Part shown: positions 1 through 14,459 of the stretch, in pieces
Layout: each line of letters starts with the position of its first letter
Numbering within the stretch: the first letter of the stretch is position 1
DNA from: Candidatus Binatia bacterium
GTDB taxonomy: Bacteria; Desulfobacterota; Binatia; UBA9968; JAJDTQ01
Direction of reading: 5' to 3'
NCBI GenBank assembly: GCA_963666515.2
Contig: OY762897.2
Location: 832,001 to 896,000 of the forward strand
DNA length: 64,000 nucleotides
Notes under the pieces: generated by a model
What the model was told of the DNA's origin: nothing
The model's database searches: none
The model's input: the letters and a program-made list of their open reading frames with translations, nothing else
Position numbers and translations under genes: made by a program

Positions 1-2002
1 TGAGTGTGTTGCCCATGCCGAACATGATCGAGCCCTGCTCCTGGCCCTCGCACCGGAGCGGGTGCATGGCCTGTCCGATGTCGGCCGAGGAGACGTAGGT
101 CAGGCAGCGCGCCCTGCCGGTGTCCGAATCCACCGCCATCACCGCGATGCCCGCGTTGATCTCCCAGGTGCGGATGTCGATGCGGTCCCGGGTGAGGGCC
201 TTGTCCATGCCCCGGCCCACCAGCGTGCCGGTGGTCCTTTCCGCCAGTTCCTCCAGGGTCATCACCGGCTCGCCCCCGCTCGAGAAAGCGTCGTCCTCCA
301 GCGAGAGGTCCCGGGCGTCCCGGTCGGTCAGGGACGCCGCCTGTTGCAGCATGATCTCCCGCAGCTCCTCGGACGCCCGCTTCACCGCGTTGCCCATGAG
401 CACGGTGATGCGGCTGCCGTAGACGCCGGAGGCGCCGGGCGTGGTGCTGGTGTCATAAGGGGCGATGGTGATCCGGTGGATGCCCACGCCGAGCGCCTCG
501 GCCGCGGTCTGGGCCAGCACCGTCTTGGCGCCGCCGCCGATCTCCGGGGCGTTGGCGTGCACCGTGAAGGTGGCGTCGTCCTCGAACACGATCCGGGCGT
601 TGTACTGGGTGGTGGACAGGTCCTTGATGGCGCAGGCGACGCCGGTGCCGATCTTCTCGCCGGGCCGCGCCAGGGACTCGGGCGCCCGTGCGCCGCGGGT
701 CTTCTCGAAGAGGTCCAGGCAGGCCGTCAGCGCTCCGTGCGGGTTGCCGTCCAGCGGCGGCCCGCCGAGCACGTATTTCTCGCCGGCCCGCAGCAGGTTC
801 TTGAGCCGGAACTCGACGGGGTCGTAGCCCAGCTCGGTGCAGATGTGGTCGGTGTGGGCCTCGCACGCCCAGCCGAGCTGGACGCTGCCGATGCCGCGGA
901 AGGCGCCGGCGGGCACCTTGTTGGTGTAGACCGAGTAGCAGTCGGCCCGTGCGTGCTCCACCCGGTAGGGCCCCACGGAGCGGAAGGCCGCCTTGCGCGT
1001 CACCTGGATGCCGAAATCGGCGTAGGCGCCCGTGTCCAGGTAGATTTTCGCTTCCCGGCACAACAGCGTGCCGTCCTCCCGCAATCCCGTGCGGATGTCG
1101 ATCTCGGCGGGATGGCGCCGGGCGGTGAACGCGGTCTCCTCCATGGACATGCGGAGTTGCACCGTCTCCCCGGAGGCGGCCGCCGCCAGGGTCGCCAGGT
1201 GCTCGACGCCGATGTGGCCCTTGGCGCCGAAGCCGCCGCCCACGTAGGGGACCTTCACCGTCACCTGCTCCTGCTCGAGCCCGAACATGCGCGCCAGCTC
1301 GTCGCGCACCGGAAAGGGGGCCTGCGAGGAGGTGTGCACGGTCACGGACCTGCCGTCCACCGCGGCCACCGCGCAGTGGGGCTCCATGGGATAGTGGAAC
1401 AGCGACGGGAAGGAGAAATGGTCCTCGATGACGTGGGCGGCCTCGCGGAACGCCCCCTCCGGGTCTCCCTGGACGAAGTGGGTGCCGCCGCAGTTGTTGC
1501 GGCCGTAGTCGTGGTCGAAGTCGCTTTCGCCCTCGCGGTCGTAGGCGGAGTCGGCGTCGTGCACCAGCGTGCCGCCCTCCATCGCCGACATCATCTCCGA
1601 CACCTGGGGCAGCGGCGTGTAACGCACCTCGACCCGCGCCGCCGCCTCCACCGCCGCGGTCTCGCTGTCGGCCACCACGATGGCCACGGGCTCGCCCTGG
1701 AACCGCACCTTGTCGTGGGCCAGCACCGGCCGGTCCTTCACCGCCTGGCCGTACGGCTTGAGGGTGCGGAGGCATCCCAGCCGGCCGAAGTCGAGGCTCT
1801 CATGGGTCACGATGGTGCGCACGCCGGGGACGGCGCGCGCGTCTTCGAGGTCGAACCCGTCGATGCGCGCGTGCGCGTGGGGACTGCCGATGACCCGGGC
1901 GAACTTCATCCCCGGGATGCTGAGGTCCGCCGTGTAGACGGCGGTTCCGGTGACTTTTTCGTCCGCGTCGAGGCTGCGTACCGATTGGCCCACGTATTTC
2001 AT
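1..2002 (-). CDS. Xanthine dehydrogenase family molybdopterin-binding subunit (3' end runs off the window)
   Basis: Manual minus-strand translation from ATG at 2002: MKYVGQSVRSLDADEKVTGTAVYTADL...SPHAHARI...VRFQGEPVAIV...MEPHCAVA...VGGGFGAK...AGAFRGIG. Absent from the ORF track because no stop lies in the window. Confidence 0.9.
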   Translation of the reverse strand, partial: MKYVGQSVRSLDADEKVTGTAVYTADLSIPGMKFARVIGSPHAHARIDGFDLEDARAVPGVRTIVTHESLDFGRLGCLRTLKPYGQAVKDRPVLAHDKVRFQGEPVAIVVADSETAAVEAAARVEVRYTPLPQVSEMMSAMEGGTLVHDADSAYDREGESDFDHDYGRNNCGGTHFVQGDPEGAFREAAHVIEDHFSFPSLFHYPMEPHCAVAAVDGRSVTVHTSSQAPFPVRDELARMFGLEQEQVTVKVPYVGGGFGAKGHIGVEHLATLAAAASGETVQLRMSMEETAFTARRHPAEIDIRTGLREDGTLLCREAKIYLDTGAYADFGIQVTRKAAFRSVGPYRVEHARADCYSVYTNKVPAGAFRGIGSVQLGWACEAHTDHICTELGYDPVEFRLKNLLRAGEKYVLGGPPLDGNPHGALTACLDLFEKTRGARAPESLARPGEKIGTGVACAIKDLSTTQYNARIVFEDDATFTVHANAPEIGGGAKTVLAQTAAEALGVGIHRITIAPYDTSTTPGASGVYGSRITVLMGNAVKRASEELREIMLQQAASLTDRDARDLSLEDDAFSSGGEPVMTLEELAERTTGTLVGRGMDKALTRDRIDIRTWEINAGIAVMAVDSDTGRARCLTYVSSADIGQAMHPLRCEGQEQGSIMFGMGNTL

Positions 2003-2063
2003 CGAGAGGTCTCCAAGGTTGAAGTGTTACTTCTGTATACCGAACCCGCCATCGTTTCGGAAC

Positions 2064-2092
2064 CGTCCTTCGACTTCGCTTCGCTCAGGACG
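2064..2092. repeat. REP-like intergenic palindrome CGTCCT-TCGACTTCGCTTCGCTC-AGGACG
   Basis: 6-bp inverted arms between divergent genes; single copy in the window. Confidence 0.35.
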
Positions 2093-2356
2093 ACCGATTG
2101 GTCCAGAAAGGACACCGCAGGCGTGGCGGAAACTGTCATACGTTGATAGACTGTCATGGATCGGCGGAACAAGCCGACCACCTGCCGAGGAGCCGCGTTC
2201 AGGGAGCCGCGCGGTCACGGGCCGCCAGCGGCCCGTGTGACGTCTCCTTAACAAAAACGTGACAGCTACTGAAACCGGGGCCATTTTATGGTATTCCGGC
2301 TTGTTCCGAATATCGACAGGACGAGAAGCGGATCGTCTTGCCATAGGCTGTTCGAC

Positions 2357-6909
<4,553 letters not shown>

Positions 6910-6913
<4 letters not shown>

Positions 6914-6935
6914 GGGGCGGGTTTCAAACCCGCCC
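6910..6935 (+). repeat. GTAG-type REP-like palindrome
   Basis: GTAG followed by perfect 10-bp arms GGGCGGGTTT-C-AAACCCGCCC (6915-6935), overlapping the gltB stop codon. Confidence 0.55.
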
Positions 6936-7018
6936 GTGTGCGGGCCGCTGACTCACTCGAGACAGCACGCTGAAGACCGAAGCACAGGGACGTTTGGAGC
7001 AAACGTCACCGGGTTACT

Positions 7019-8515
<1,497 letters not shown>

Positions 8516-8554
8516 ACTCTATCCACTCGGGTCCGCGGCCGGAATCCCCATTTC

Positions 8555-8656
8555 CCGTCATTCCGGGCTTGACCCGGAATCCAGGAGGGGTGGGGTGGCG
8601 GGGATTCAGACCTCCCACAACCACCCCTGGACCCCGGGTCAAGCCCGGGGTGACGG
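8555..8656. repeat. Inverted doublet of CGTC-type REP palindromes (REPIN-like), forming a ~100-bp hairpin
   Basis: CCGTCATTCCGGGCTTGACCCGGAATCCAGG (8555-8585) and inverted copy CCTGGACCCCGGGTCAAGCCCGGGGTGACGG (8626-8656), between convergent genes. A third copy is at 33038. Confidence 0.75.
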
Positions 8657-8707
8657 ATAGGAACGCCCGGAATGACAGGAAGGGCGCCATGCCGGCCGGA
8701 GCCGTTT

Positions 8708-9586
8708 TCACGTCCACGCCAGCAGGAACACCCCGCCGACGATCAGAACCGCGCCCACGCCGTCCTGCACCCTTACGATCTCGATTCCCTTCAGGGTGAA
8801 GTGCGCCAGCGCGAAGGTGACCAGGGGCTGGATGTTCCAGATGGGACCCACGATCACCGCCGGGGCATGGACCACGGCCAGGAAGGTGAGGATGGTGCCG
8901 ATGGCGTGGACGACGCCGGAGGCGGCGAAGTAGACGGCTCCGGCCAGCGGCACCCCGCGCCAGACGATGCGGATGCGCACCGTCTTGCCCAGCAGGCCGA
9001 TGAACATCAGGCCGGTGACCTGGGTGATCACCGCGCCGACGATGGGGTCGCCGCCCTGCAGCACCCCGAGCCGCTTCAGGATCGGGCCCAGGCTGTAGAA
9101 GAGGAAGGAAAGAGCGGCGTTGCCGAAGCCGGCCAGGGGCGCCCCGGGTTCCGCCTCGGATCCCTTCGTGTGCGTGATGAGGAGGATGCCGGCAACGATC
9201 ACGATGACGCCGCCGAACGTCCCCAGCGTGGCGCTCTCGCCGAGGAAGGTGACGCCGATCACCGTGGTGAGCAGCGGTGAGGCGTTCTTGATGGACTGGG
9301 CTCTGGAGGCCCCGATCTGGTCGATGGCTCTAAGCAGGAAGACGCGGCCGAAGAACGCGCCGATGGCGCCCAGGATGACGAAGGTGACGACGGCGGGAAG
9401 GGGAATCGGCAGTCCGCTGGCGCCGTAGCCGGCGATCCAGACCACCAGCAGGAACGCCACCATGGCGAGTTGCTGGACGGTGACGGCGGCATCGACGTCG
9501 GAGTGGACGAGTCCCCGCTTCACCAGCGGGGGCACGAACCCCCAGACGATCCCGCCGGTGATGGCGTAGATGATTCCCGTTCCCAC
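8708..9586 (-). CDS. DMT/EamA family transporter
   Basis: 292 aa, about 10 hydrophobic segments, two EamA-like repeats (IGASRA...FLGE). Confidence 0.85.
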   Translation of the reverse strand: MGTGIIYAITGGIVWGFVPPLVKRGLVHSDVDAAVTVQQLAMVAFLLVVWIAGYGASGLPIPLPAVVTFVILGAIGAFFGRVFLLRAIDQIGASRAQSIKNASPLLTTVIGVTFLGESATLGTFGGVIVIVAGILLITHTKGSEAEPGAPLAGFGNAALSFLFYSLGPILKRLGVLQGGDPIVGAVITQVTGLMFIGLLGKTVRIRIVWRGVPLAGAVYFAASGVVHAIGTILTFLAVVHAPAVIVGPIWNIQPLVTFALAHFTLKGIEIVRVQDGVGAVLIVGGVFLLAWT

Positions 9587-9658
9587 GAGGGGCAGTGTGG
9601 TCCGGCGGCCGCCTGGGGGTCAAACCCGGCAGGCTGGATGTCGTCGGGGCGATCTCCG

Positions 9659-9686
9659 GCAGGGGCGACCGGCGGGTCGCCCCTGC
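9659..9686. repeat. Perfect 12-bp-stem hairpin (REP-like or terminator)
   Basis: GCAGGGGCGACC-GGCG-GGTCGCCCCTGC just downstream of the 9697 stop codon. Confidence 0.55.
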
Positions 9687-9696
9687 ACGCCTGCGG

Positions 9697-10122
9697 TCAC
9701 TTGGCGGGCAGCACCTTGATCTTGATCGTGTGCGCCATCTTCTTGCCGAAGGAGCGATGGAGGCCGTCGGCGAACTGCATGGTCAGCGTGTACTCTCCGG
9801 GCTCGAGCTTGATGGTGGCTTCGGTCTGCCCCTTGCCGTAGTGCAGGTGGGTCTTGTCCGTCGGAATCACCTTTCCGCCGCGCATGGGGCCCTGGTTGAG
9901 CAGGATGTGGTGATGCCCCGTCCCGGCGACCACGCCGGCTTCGGAAGGTTTGATCGTCATGCCTTCCACGCCCATCACCACCTTCACCGGGCTCCGCACC
10001 TCGGCCCCATCCTTCGGCTCGATGAAGTAGACGCGCTGTTCCTGTGCCGCGGCAAAACCCGCAAGAGCCAGGGATGCCGCGAATACCGCGGCGGCGATCC
10101 GCCAAAGTGCTGGTCCGTTCAT
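9697..10122 (-). CDS. DUF4399-family secreted protein
   Basis: Signal peptide, RVYFIEPKDGAEV, TGHHHILL, HYGKGQTEA, LEPGEYTLTMQFADGLH. Confidence 0.85.
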   Translation of the reverse strand: MNGPALWRIAAAVFAASLALAGFAAAQEQRVYFIEPKDGAEVRSPVKVVMGVEGMTIKPSEAGVVAGTGHHHILLNQGPMRGGKVIPTDKTHLHYGKGQTEATIKLEPGEYTLTMQFADGLHRSFGKKMAHTIKIKVLPAK

Positions 10123-10243
10123 GATGGAACTCCTTTCCGGTAGAGTGACGGAGATCCTATCAACCGCTTCTCACGTTGACAAGCCACGGATGATGACCTA
10201 GTGGGTTCAAGGTCGCGAATCACCCGTCAGAGAAAGGTTTTTC

Positions 10244-12010
10244 ATGTCGGACATCAAGAAATCGGACCAGCGCTGGCAGTCGGACGTCATCGTCGACCTG
10301 ATGAAGCTCTACGACATCCCCTACGTCGCCCTCAATCCGGGGGCGAGCTACCGGGGTCTCCACGACTCCATGGTGAACTACGGCGAGAACGACCCCGAGA
10401 TGCTGCTGTGCAACCACGAGAAGATCGCGGTGCAGATCGCCCACGGCTACGCCAAGGCGTCGGGCAAGCCCATGATCGCCATCGTGCACGACGTGGTGGG
10501 GCTGCTGCACGCGCCCATGGGCGTCTACTACGCCTACATCGACCGCTGTCCGGTGTTCGTCATCGGCGCCACCGGGCCCATGGACGAGAAGTACCGGCGC
10601 CCGTTCATCGACTGGATCCACACGGCGTTCGCCCAGGGCGACGCGGTGCGGAACTTCACCAAGTGGGACTACCAGCCCGGCAGCATCCACGGCGTGCCGG
10701 ATTCCTTCGCCCGGGCCTACTCCATCATGATGAGCGAGCCCCAGGGGCCCATCTACATGTGCTACGACTCGGCGTTGCAGGAGACCCCGCTCACCGACGA
10801 TATCACGATCCCGCCGGCGTCCGCGGTCAAGGTGCCGTCGCGCATCGCGCCGGAGCAGGCGGCGGTGGCCCAGGCCGCGGAGATGCTGGTGAAGGCGGAC
10901 AATCCGCTGCTGCTCACCGAGTACGCCGCGCGCATGCCGGAGGGCTTCGAGCCCACGGTGGAACTGGCGGAAACGGTCGGGGCGTCGGTCTTCGACGTCT
11001 GCAAGCGGCTGGGCTTCCCCAACCGCCACGCCCTGAGCATGAGCTTCAACCCGGACGCCTTCGCGGGGGTGGACCTGGTGATGGCGCTGGACGTGGTGGA
11101 CTGGACCCGGGGCTCTCACAAGCTCAACACCCAGACCCGCGAGATCACGGTGGTGACGGCGCCCGACTGCAAGTGGGTCGACGCGGGCTTCGCCGACATC
11201 GAGATCAGCAAGTGGGCCACGGACTACAACAAGCACAACAACTGGGACCTGCGGGTCATGGGGGACACCGCCATCACCATCCCGGCGCTCACCAAGGCGT
11301 GCGGCGCCCTCATCGACGCCGATCCGGCGCTGAAGGAGCGCGTCGCGGAGCGCAGGAAGGCGCTGGCGGACAAGCACGAGCAGCAGTGGTCCAAGTGGCA
11401 GAAGCAGGTGGAGTCGGAGATGGACCAGCGGCCCATGACCGAGTCCCGGCTGGCCTGGGAGGTGTGGCAGGCCATCAAGGACGAGGACTGGGTGCTGACC
11501 GCCGGGACCCTGAAGGACTGGGTGCAGAAGATATGGGACTTCGACAAGCCCTACCGGCACCCGGGCCGGGAGCTGGGCACCGGCACCCAGATCGGCATGT
11601 CCATCGGCGTGGCGCTGGCCCACAAGGGGCAGGGGAGGCTGGTGGTGGACCTCCAGCCCGACGGCGACCTCATGTTCGACCTGGGCGCGCTGTGGATGCC
11701 CATCAAGTATGACATCCCCATGCTGGTGGTCATGTACAACAACCGCGCCTACTACAACGACTGGGCGCACCAGATCCACATGGCCCACCAACGCGGCACC
11801 GACCCCAACCGGGCCTACATCGGCATGGACCTGGAGGCGCCGCCGCCGGACTTTGCCCACATCGCCCGTGGCATGGGCTGGTATGCCGAAGGCCCCATCG
11901 AGGATCCGGCCGAGGTAGTGCCGGCGGTGCGCCGCGCCATCGAGCAGGTCAAGGCCGGCAAGCCGGCGCTGGTGGACCCCATCGTCTGGCGCCGGGACAT
12001 CAACACATGA
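10244..12010 (+). CDS. Thiamine diphosphate-binding enzyme (acetolactate synthase/benzoylformate decarboxylase superfamily), paralog 1
   Basis: NPGASYRGLHDS, conserved Glu in CNHEKIAV, ThDP motif variant DGDLMF...YNNRAY. Confidence 0.9.
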   Translation: MSDIKKSDQRWQSDVIVDLMKLYDIPYVALNPGASYRGLHDSMVNYGENDPEMLLCNHEKIAVQIAHGYAKASGKPMIAIVHDVVGLLHAPMGVYYAYIDRCPVFVIGATGPMDEKYRRPFIDWIHTAFAQGDAVRNFTKWDYQPGSIHGVPDSFARAYSIMMSEPQGPIYMCYDSALQETPLTDDITIPPASAVKVPSRIAPEQAAVAQAAEMLVKADNPLLLTEYAARMPEGFEPTVELAETVGASVFDVCKRLGFPNRHALSMSFNPDAFAGVDLVMALDVVDWTRGSHKLNTQTREITVVTAPDCKWVDAGFADIEISKWATDYNKHNNWDLRVMGDTAITIPALTKACGALIDADPALKERVAERRKALADKHEQQWSKWQKQVESEMDQRPMTESRLAWEVWQAIKDEDWVLTAGTLKDWVQKIWDFDKPYRHPGRELGTGTQIGMSIGVALAHKGQGRLVVDLQPDGDLMFDLGALWMPIKYDIPMLVVMYNNRAYYNDWAHQIHMAHQRGTDPNRAYIGMDLEAPPPDFAHIARGMGWYAEGPIEDPAEVVPAVRRAIEQVKAGKPALVDPIVWRRDINT

Positions 12011-12032
12011 GGGCCTCTGAGAGGAACAGGAC

Positions 12033-13817
12033 ATGAGCAAAGCGGAAAAGATCGAAGCGGTCGAGATCAAAAAGTCGGACCGCAAGTGGCAGTCGGACGT
12101 TATCGTGGACATGGTCAAGCGCTACGGGTTCGAGTACATCGCGCTCAACCCCGGGGCCAGCTACCGGGGCCTGCACGACTCGCTGGTGAACTACGGCGAG
12201 AACGACCCGCCGATGATGCTGTGCAACCACGAGAAGATCGCGGTGCAGATCGCCCACGGCTACGCCCGCGCCAGCGGCAAGCCCATGATCGCCATCGTCC
12301 ACAACCTGGTGGGGCTGCTGCACGCTCCCATGGGGATCTACTACGCCTACCTGGACCGGGCGCCCATCTTCATCATGGGCGCTACCGGCCCCATGGAAGA
12401 ACCCAAGCGGCGCCCCTTCATCGACTGGATTCATTCGGCCAGCGTCCAGGGCGAGGCCATCCGCCACTACGTCAAGTGGGACTCCCAGCCCACCACCATC
12501 GACGCCGTGCCCGGCGCCTTCGCCCGGGCCTATGCGGTGATGATGAGCGGCAAGCAGGGGCCCATCTACATGTGCTACGACGCCGGCCTTCAGGAGGCCG
12601 CCCTGGACCACGAAGTGGCCATGCCGCCGGAGGACAACGTGCACGTGCCCGCGCAGGCGATGGCGGACCCCACGGCGCTGGAGAAGGCCGCGGACACGCT
12701 GGCCGCGGCCAAACGGCCCGTGATCGTGGCCGATTTCGCCGCCCGACCGCCCCACGGCTGGGACCACGTGGTGGAGTTGGCCGAGACCCTGGGCGCGGCG
12801 GTGTGGGACTGCGACTCGCGGCTCAACTTCCCCAGCGAGCATCCGCTGAACCTGAGCATGGACAGCGAGGGCTGCTACAAGGACGCGGACGTGGTGCTGA
12901 CCCTGGACATCGCCGATTTCGAGAAGCCCACCCACGTGCGCGACATCGCCACCCGCACGGTGGTGAGCATGGTGCCCGAGGACGCCACCTGGATCGACAT
13001 CGGCTACACCGACACGGAGATCAGCAAGTGGGCCATGACCTACGCGCGGCCGTTCTACGCCCACCAGCGCATGACCGCGGACCCCGTGACCGCGGCGCCG
13101 GCGTTGACGAAGCTCGTGAAGGAGCGCATCGCCGGAACACCGGGTCGGGCCGAGCAGATCGCCAAGAGGACCGAAGAGGTCGGCAAGCGCCACGCCGAGG
13201 TCCGGGCCGAGTGGCTCCGGCAGGCGCGGGAGGACCGCTGGGCCGCGGTGCCCATGACCGTGCCGCGGCTGGCGCTGGAGGTGTGGGACGCCATCAAGGA
13301 CGAGGACTGGGTGCTGACCTCCGGCACGCTCCACGACTGGGCGCGCCGGCTGTGGAACTTCGACAAGCCCTACCGCCACGGCGGCCGCGAGCTGGGCACC
13401 GGCACGCAGATCGGCATCTCCCTGGGCGTGGCCCTGGCCCACAGGGGGAAGGGCCGGCTGGTGGTGGACCTCCAGCCCGACGGCGACCTGATGTTCGACG
13501 CCGGCAGCCTTTGGATCGCTGCCAAGTACCAGATCCCCATGCTCATCGTCATGTACAACAACCGCGCCTACTACAACGACTGGAACCACCAGATCGTCAT
13601 GGCCCGCAACCGCGGCACCGATCCGAACCGCGCGCACATCGGCATGGACCTGTGCGGCCCGGACCCCGACTTCGCCACCATGGCCCGCTCCATGGGCTGG
13701 TACGGCGAGGGCCCCATCGAGAACGCCGACGACCTGAGGCCGGCCCTCGACCGCGCCATCGAGCAGGTCAAGCAGGGAAAGCCGGCGCTGGTGGACACCG
13801 TCACCCAGCGGCGCTGA
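12033..13817 (+). CDS. Thiamine diphosphate-binding enzyme, paralog 2
   Basis: Same motifs as 10244-12010 with long identical stretches; RBS-like GAGG/AGGA upstream. Confidence 0.9.
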   Translation: MSKAEKIEAVEIKKSDRKWQSDVIVDMVKRYGFEYIALNPGASYRGLHDSLVNYGENDPPMMLCNHEKIAVQIAHGYARASGKPMIAIVHNLVGLLHAPMGIYYAYLDRAPIFIMGATGPMEEPKRRPFIDWIHSASVQGEAIRHYVKWDSQPTTIDAVPGAFARAYAVMMSGKQGPIYMCYDAGLQEAALDHEVAMPPEDNVHVPAQAMADPTALEKAADTLAAAKRPVIVADFAARPPHGWDHVVELAETLGAAVWDCDSRLNFPSEHPLNLSMDSEGCYKDADVVLTLDIADFEKPTHVRDIATRTVVSMVPEDATWIDIGYTDTEISKWAMTYARPFYAHQRMTADPVTAAPALTKLVKERIAGTPGRAEQIAKRTEEVGKRHAEVRAEWLRQAREDRWAAVPMTVPRLALEVWDAIKDEDWVLTSGTLHDWARRLWNFDKPYRHGGRELGTGTQIGISLGVALAHRGKGRLVVDLQPDGDLMFDAGSLWIAAKYQIPMLIVMYNNRAYYNDWNHQIVMARNRGTDPNRAHIGMDLCGPDPDFATMARSMGWYGEGPIENADDLRPALDRAIEQVKQGKPALVDTVTQRR

Positions 13818-13860
13818 CCCGGGGCGCGGATTCCGGCATTGCCGGGCTGTTTCGACGGTA

Positions 13861-14241
13861 ATGCCGTATGAATACTACGACATAAGGGGTTACGAGCGGC
13901 TCATCGTCCGCATCACGCTGGGGCTCGACCCCGACACAGCCGATGACGTGGAGCGCTACGGCGCCGCCTCCGTCCTGTGGAGCCTCTACAACCGCCTTCG
14001 GGAAGATCAGCGGGAGGTGTTCCTCGTGGGGCTGGGCAACGCGCTGGAGAAGAACGCCAGCCGCAAGGCGCTGTCCCAGATGGTGCTGTTCGCGTCCAAC
14101 CCGGTGGTGGACGTGGACCACAGCATCGACATCCTCGGCGACTGGTTCATCAAGAACAAGAAGGCCGATCCGCGCCTGTACGAGGCGCTGGACGCCTACT
14201 GGCGCCGGCGGTTCAGACGCGGATTCGACGATGCCGCCTGA
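13861..14241 (+). CDS. Hypothetical protein (126 aa)
   Basis: Host-like GC3-rich codon usage, follows the ThDP genes; no recognisable motif. Confidence 0.6.
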   Translation: MPYEYYDIRGYERLIVRITLGLDPDTADDVERYGAASVLWSLYNRLREDQREVFLVGLGNALEKNASRKALSQMVLFASNPVVDVDHSIDILGDWFIKNKKADPRLYEALDAYWRRRFRRGFDDAA

Positions 14242-14258
14242 TGCCGCCTGATGCCGCC
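14230..14258. repeat. 10-bp tandem repeat (GATGCCGCCT x ~2.9) at the left island edge
   Basis: GATGCCGCCT GATGCCGCCT GATGCCGCC across the 14241 stop codon. Confidence 0.7.
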
Positions 14259-14459
14259 CTCGCCGAAGGTTCGTTGCCTTCACAGTCCAGCGATCTGCTA
14301 TCCAGGTGGAGCAAGAACCGTTCTGGCCAACCGCGAGCGTCCTTCAGGGAAGAACACCCAACACCCGGCTGATCGTTCCCGACGAGCAATTCTGCGGCTC
14401 AAGAAGGTTCGCGTCAGAACAAAGAGGAAAGGCAGTCCCGCTCGTTCGAACCGTCCGGC

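Noticed and set aside
62-2146. 694-aa plus-strand ORF
   Set aside because: Antisense shadow of the minus-strand Mo-enzyme gene; no motifs.
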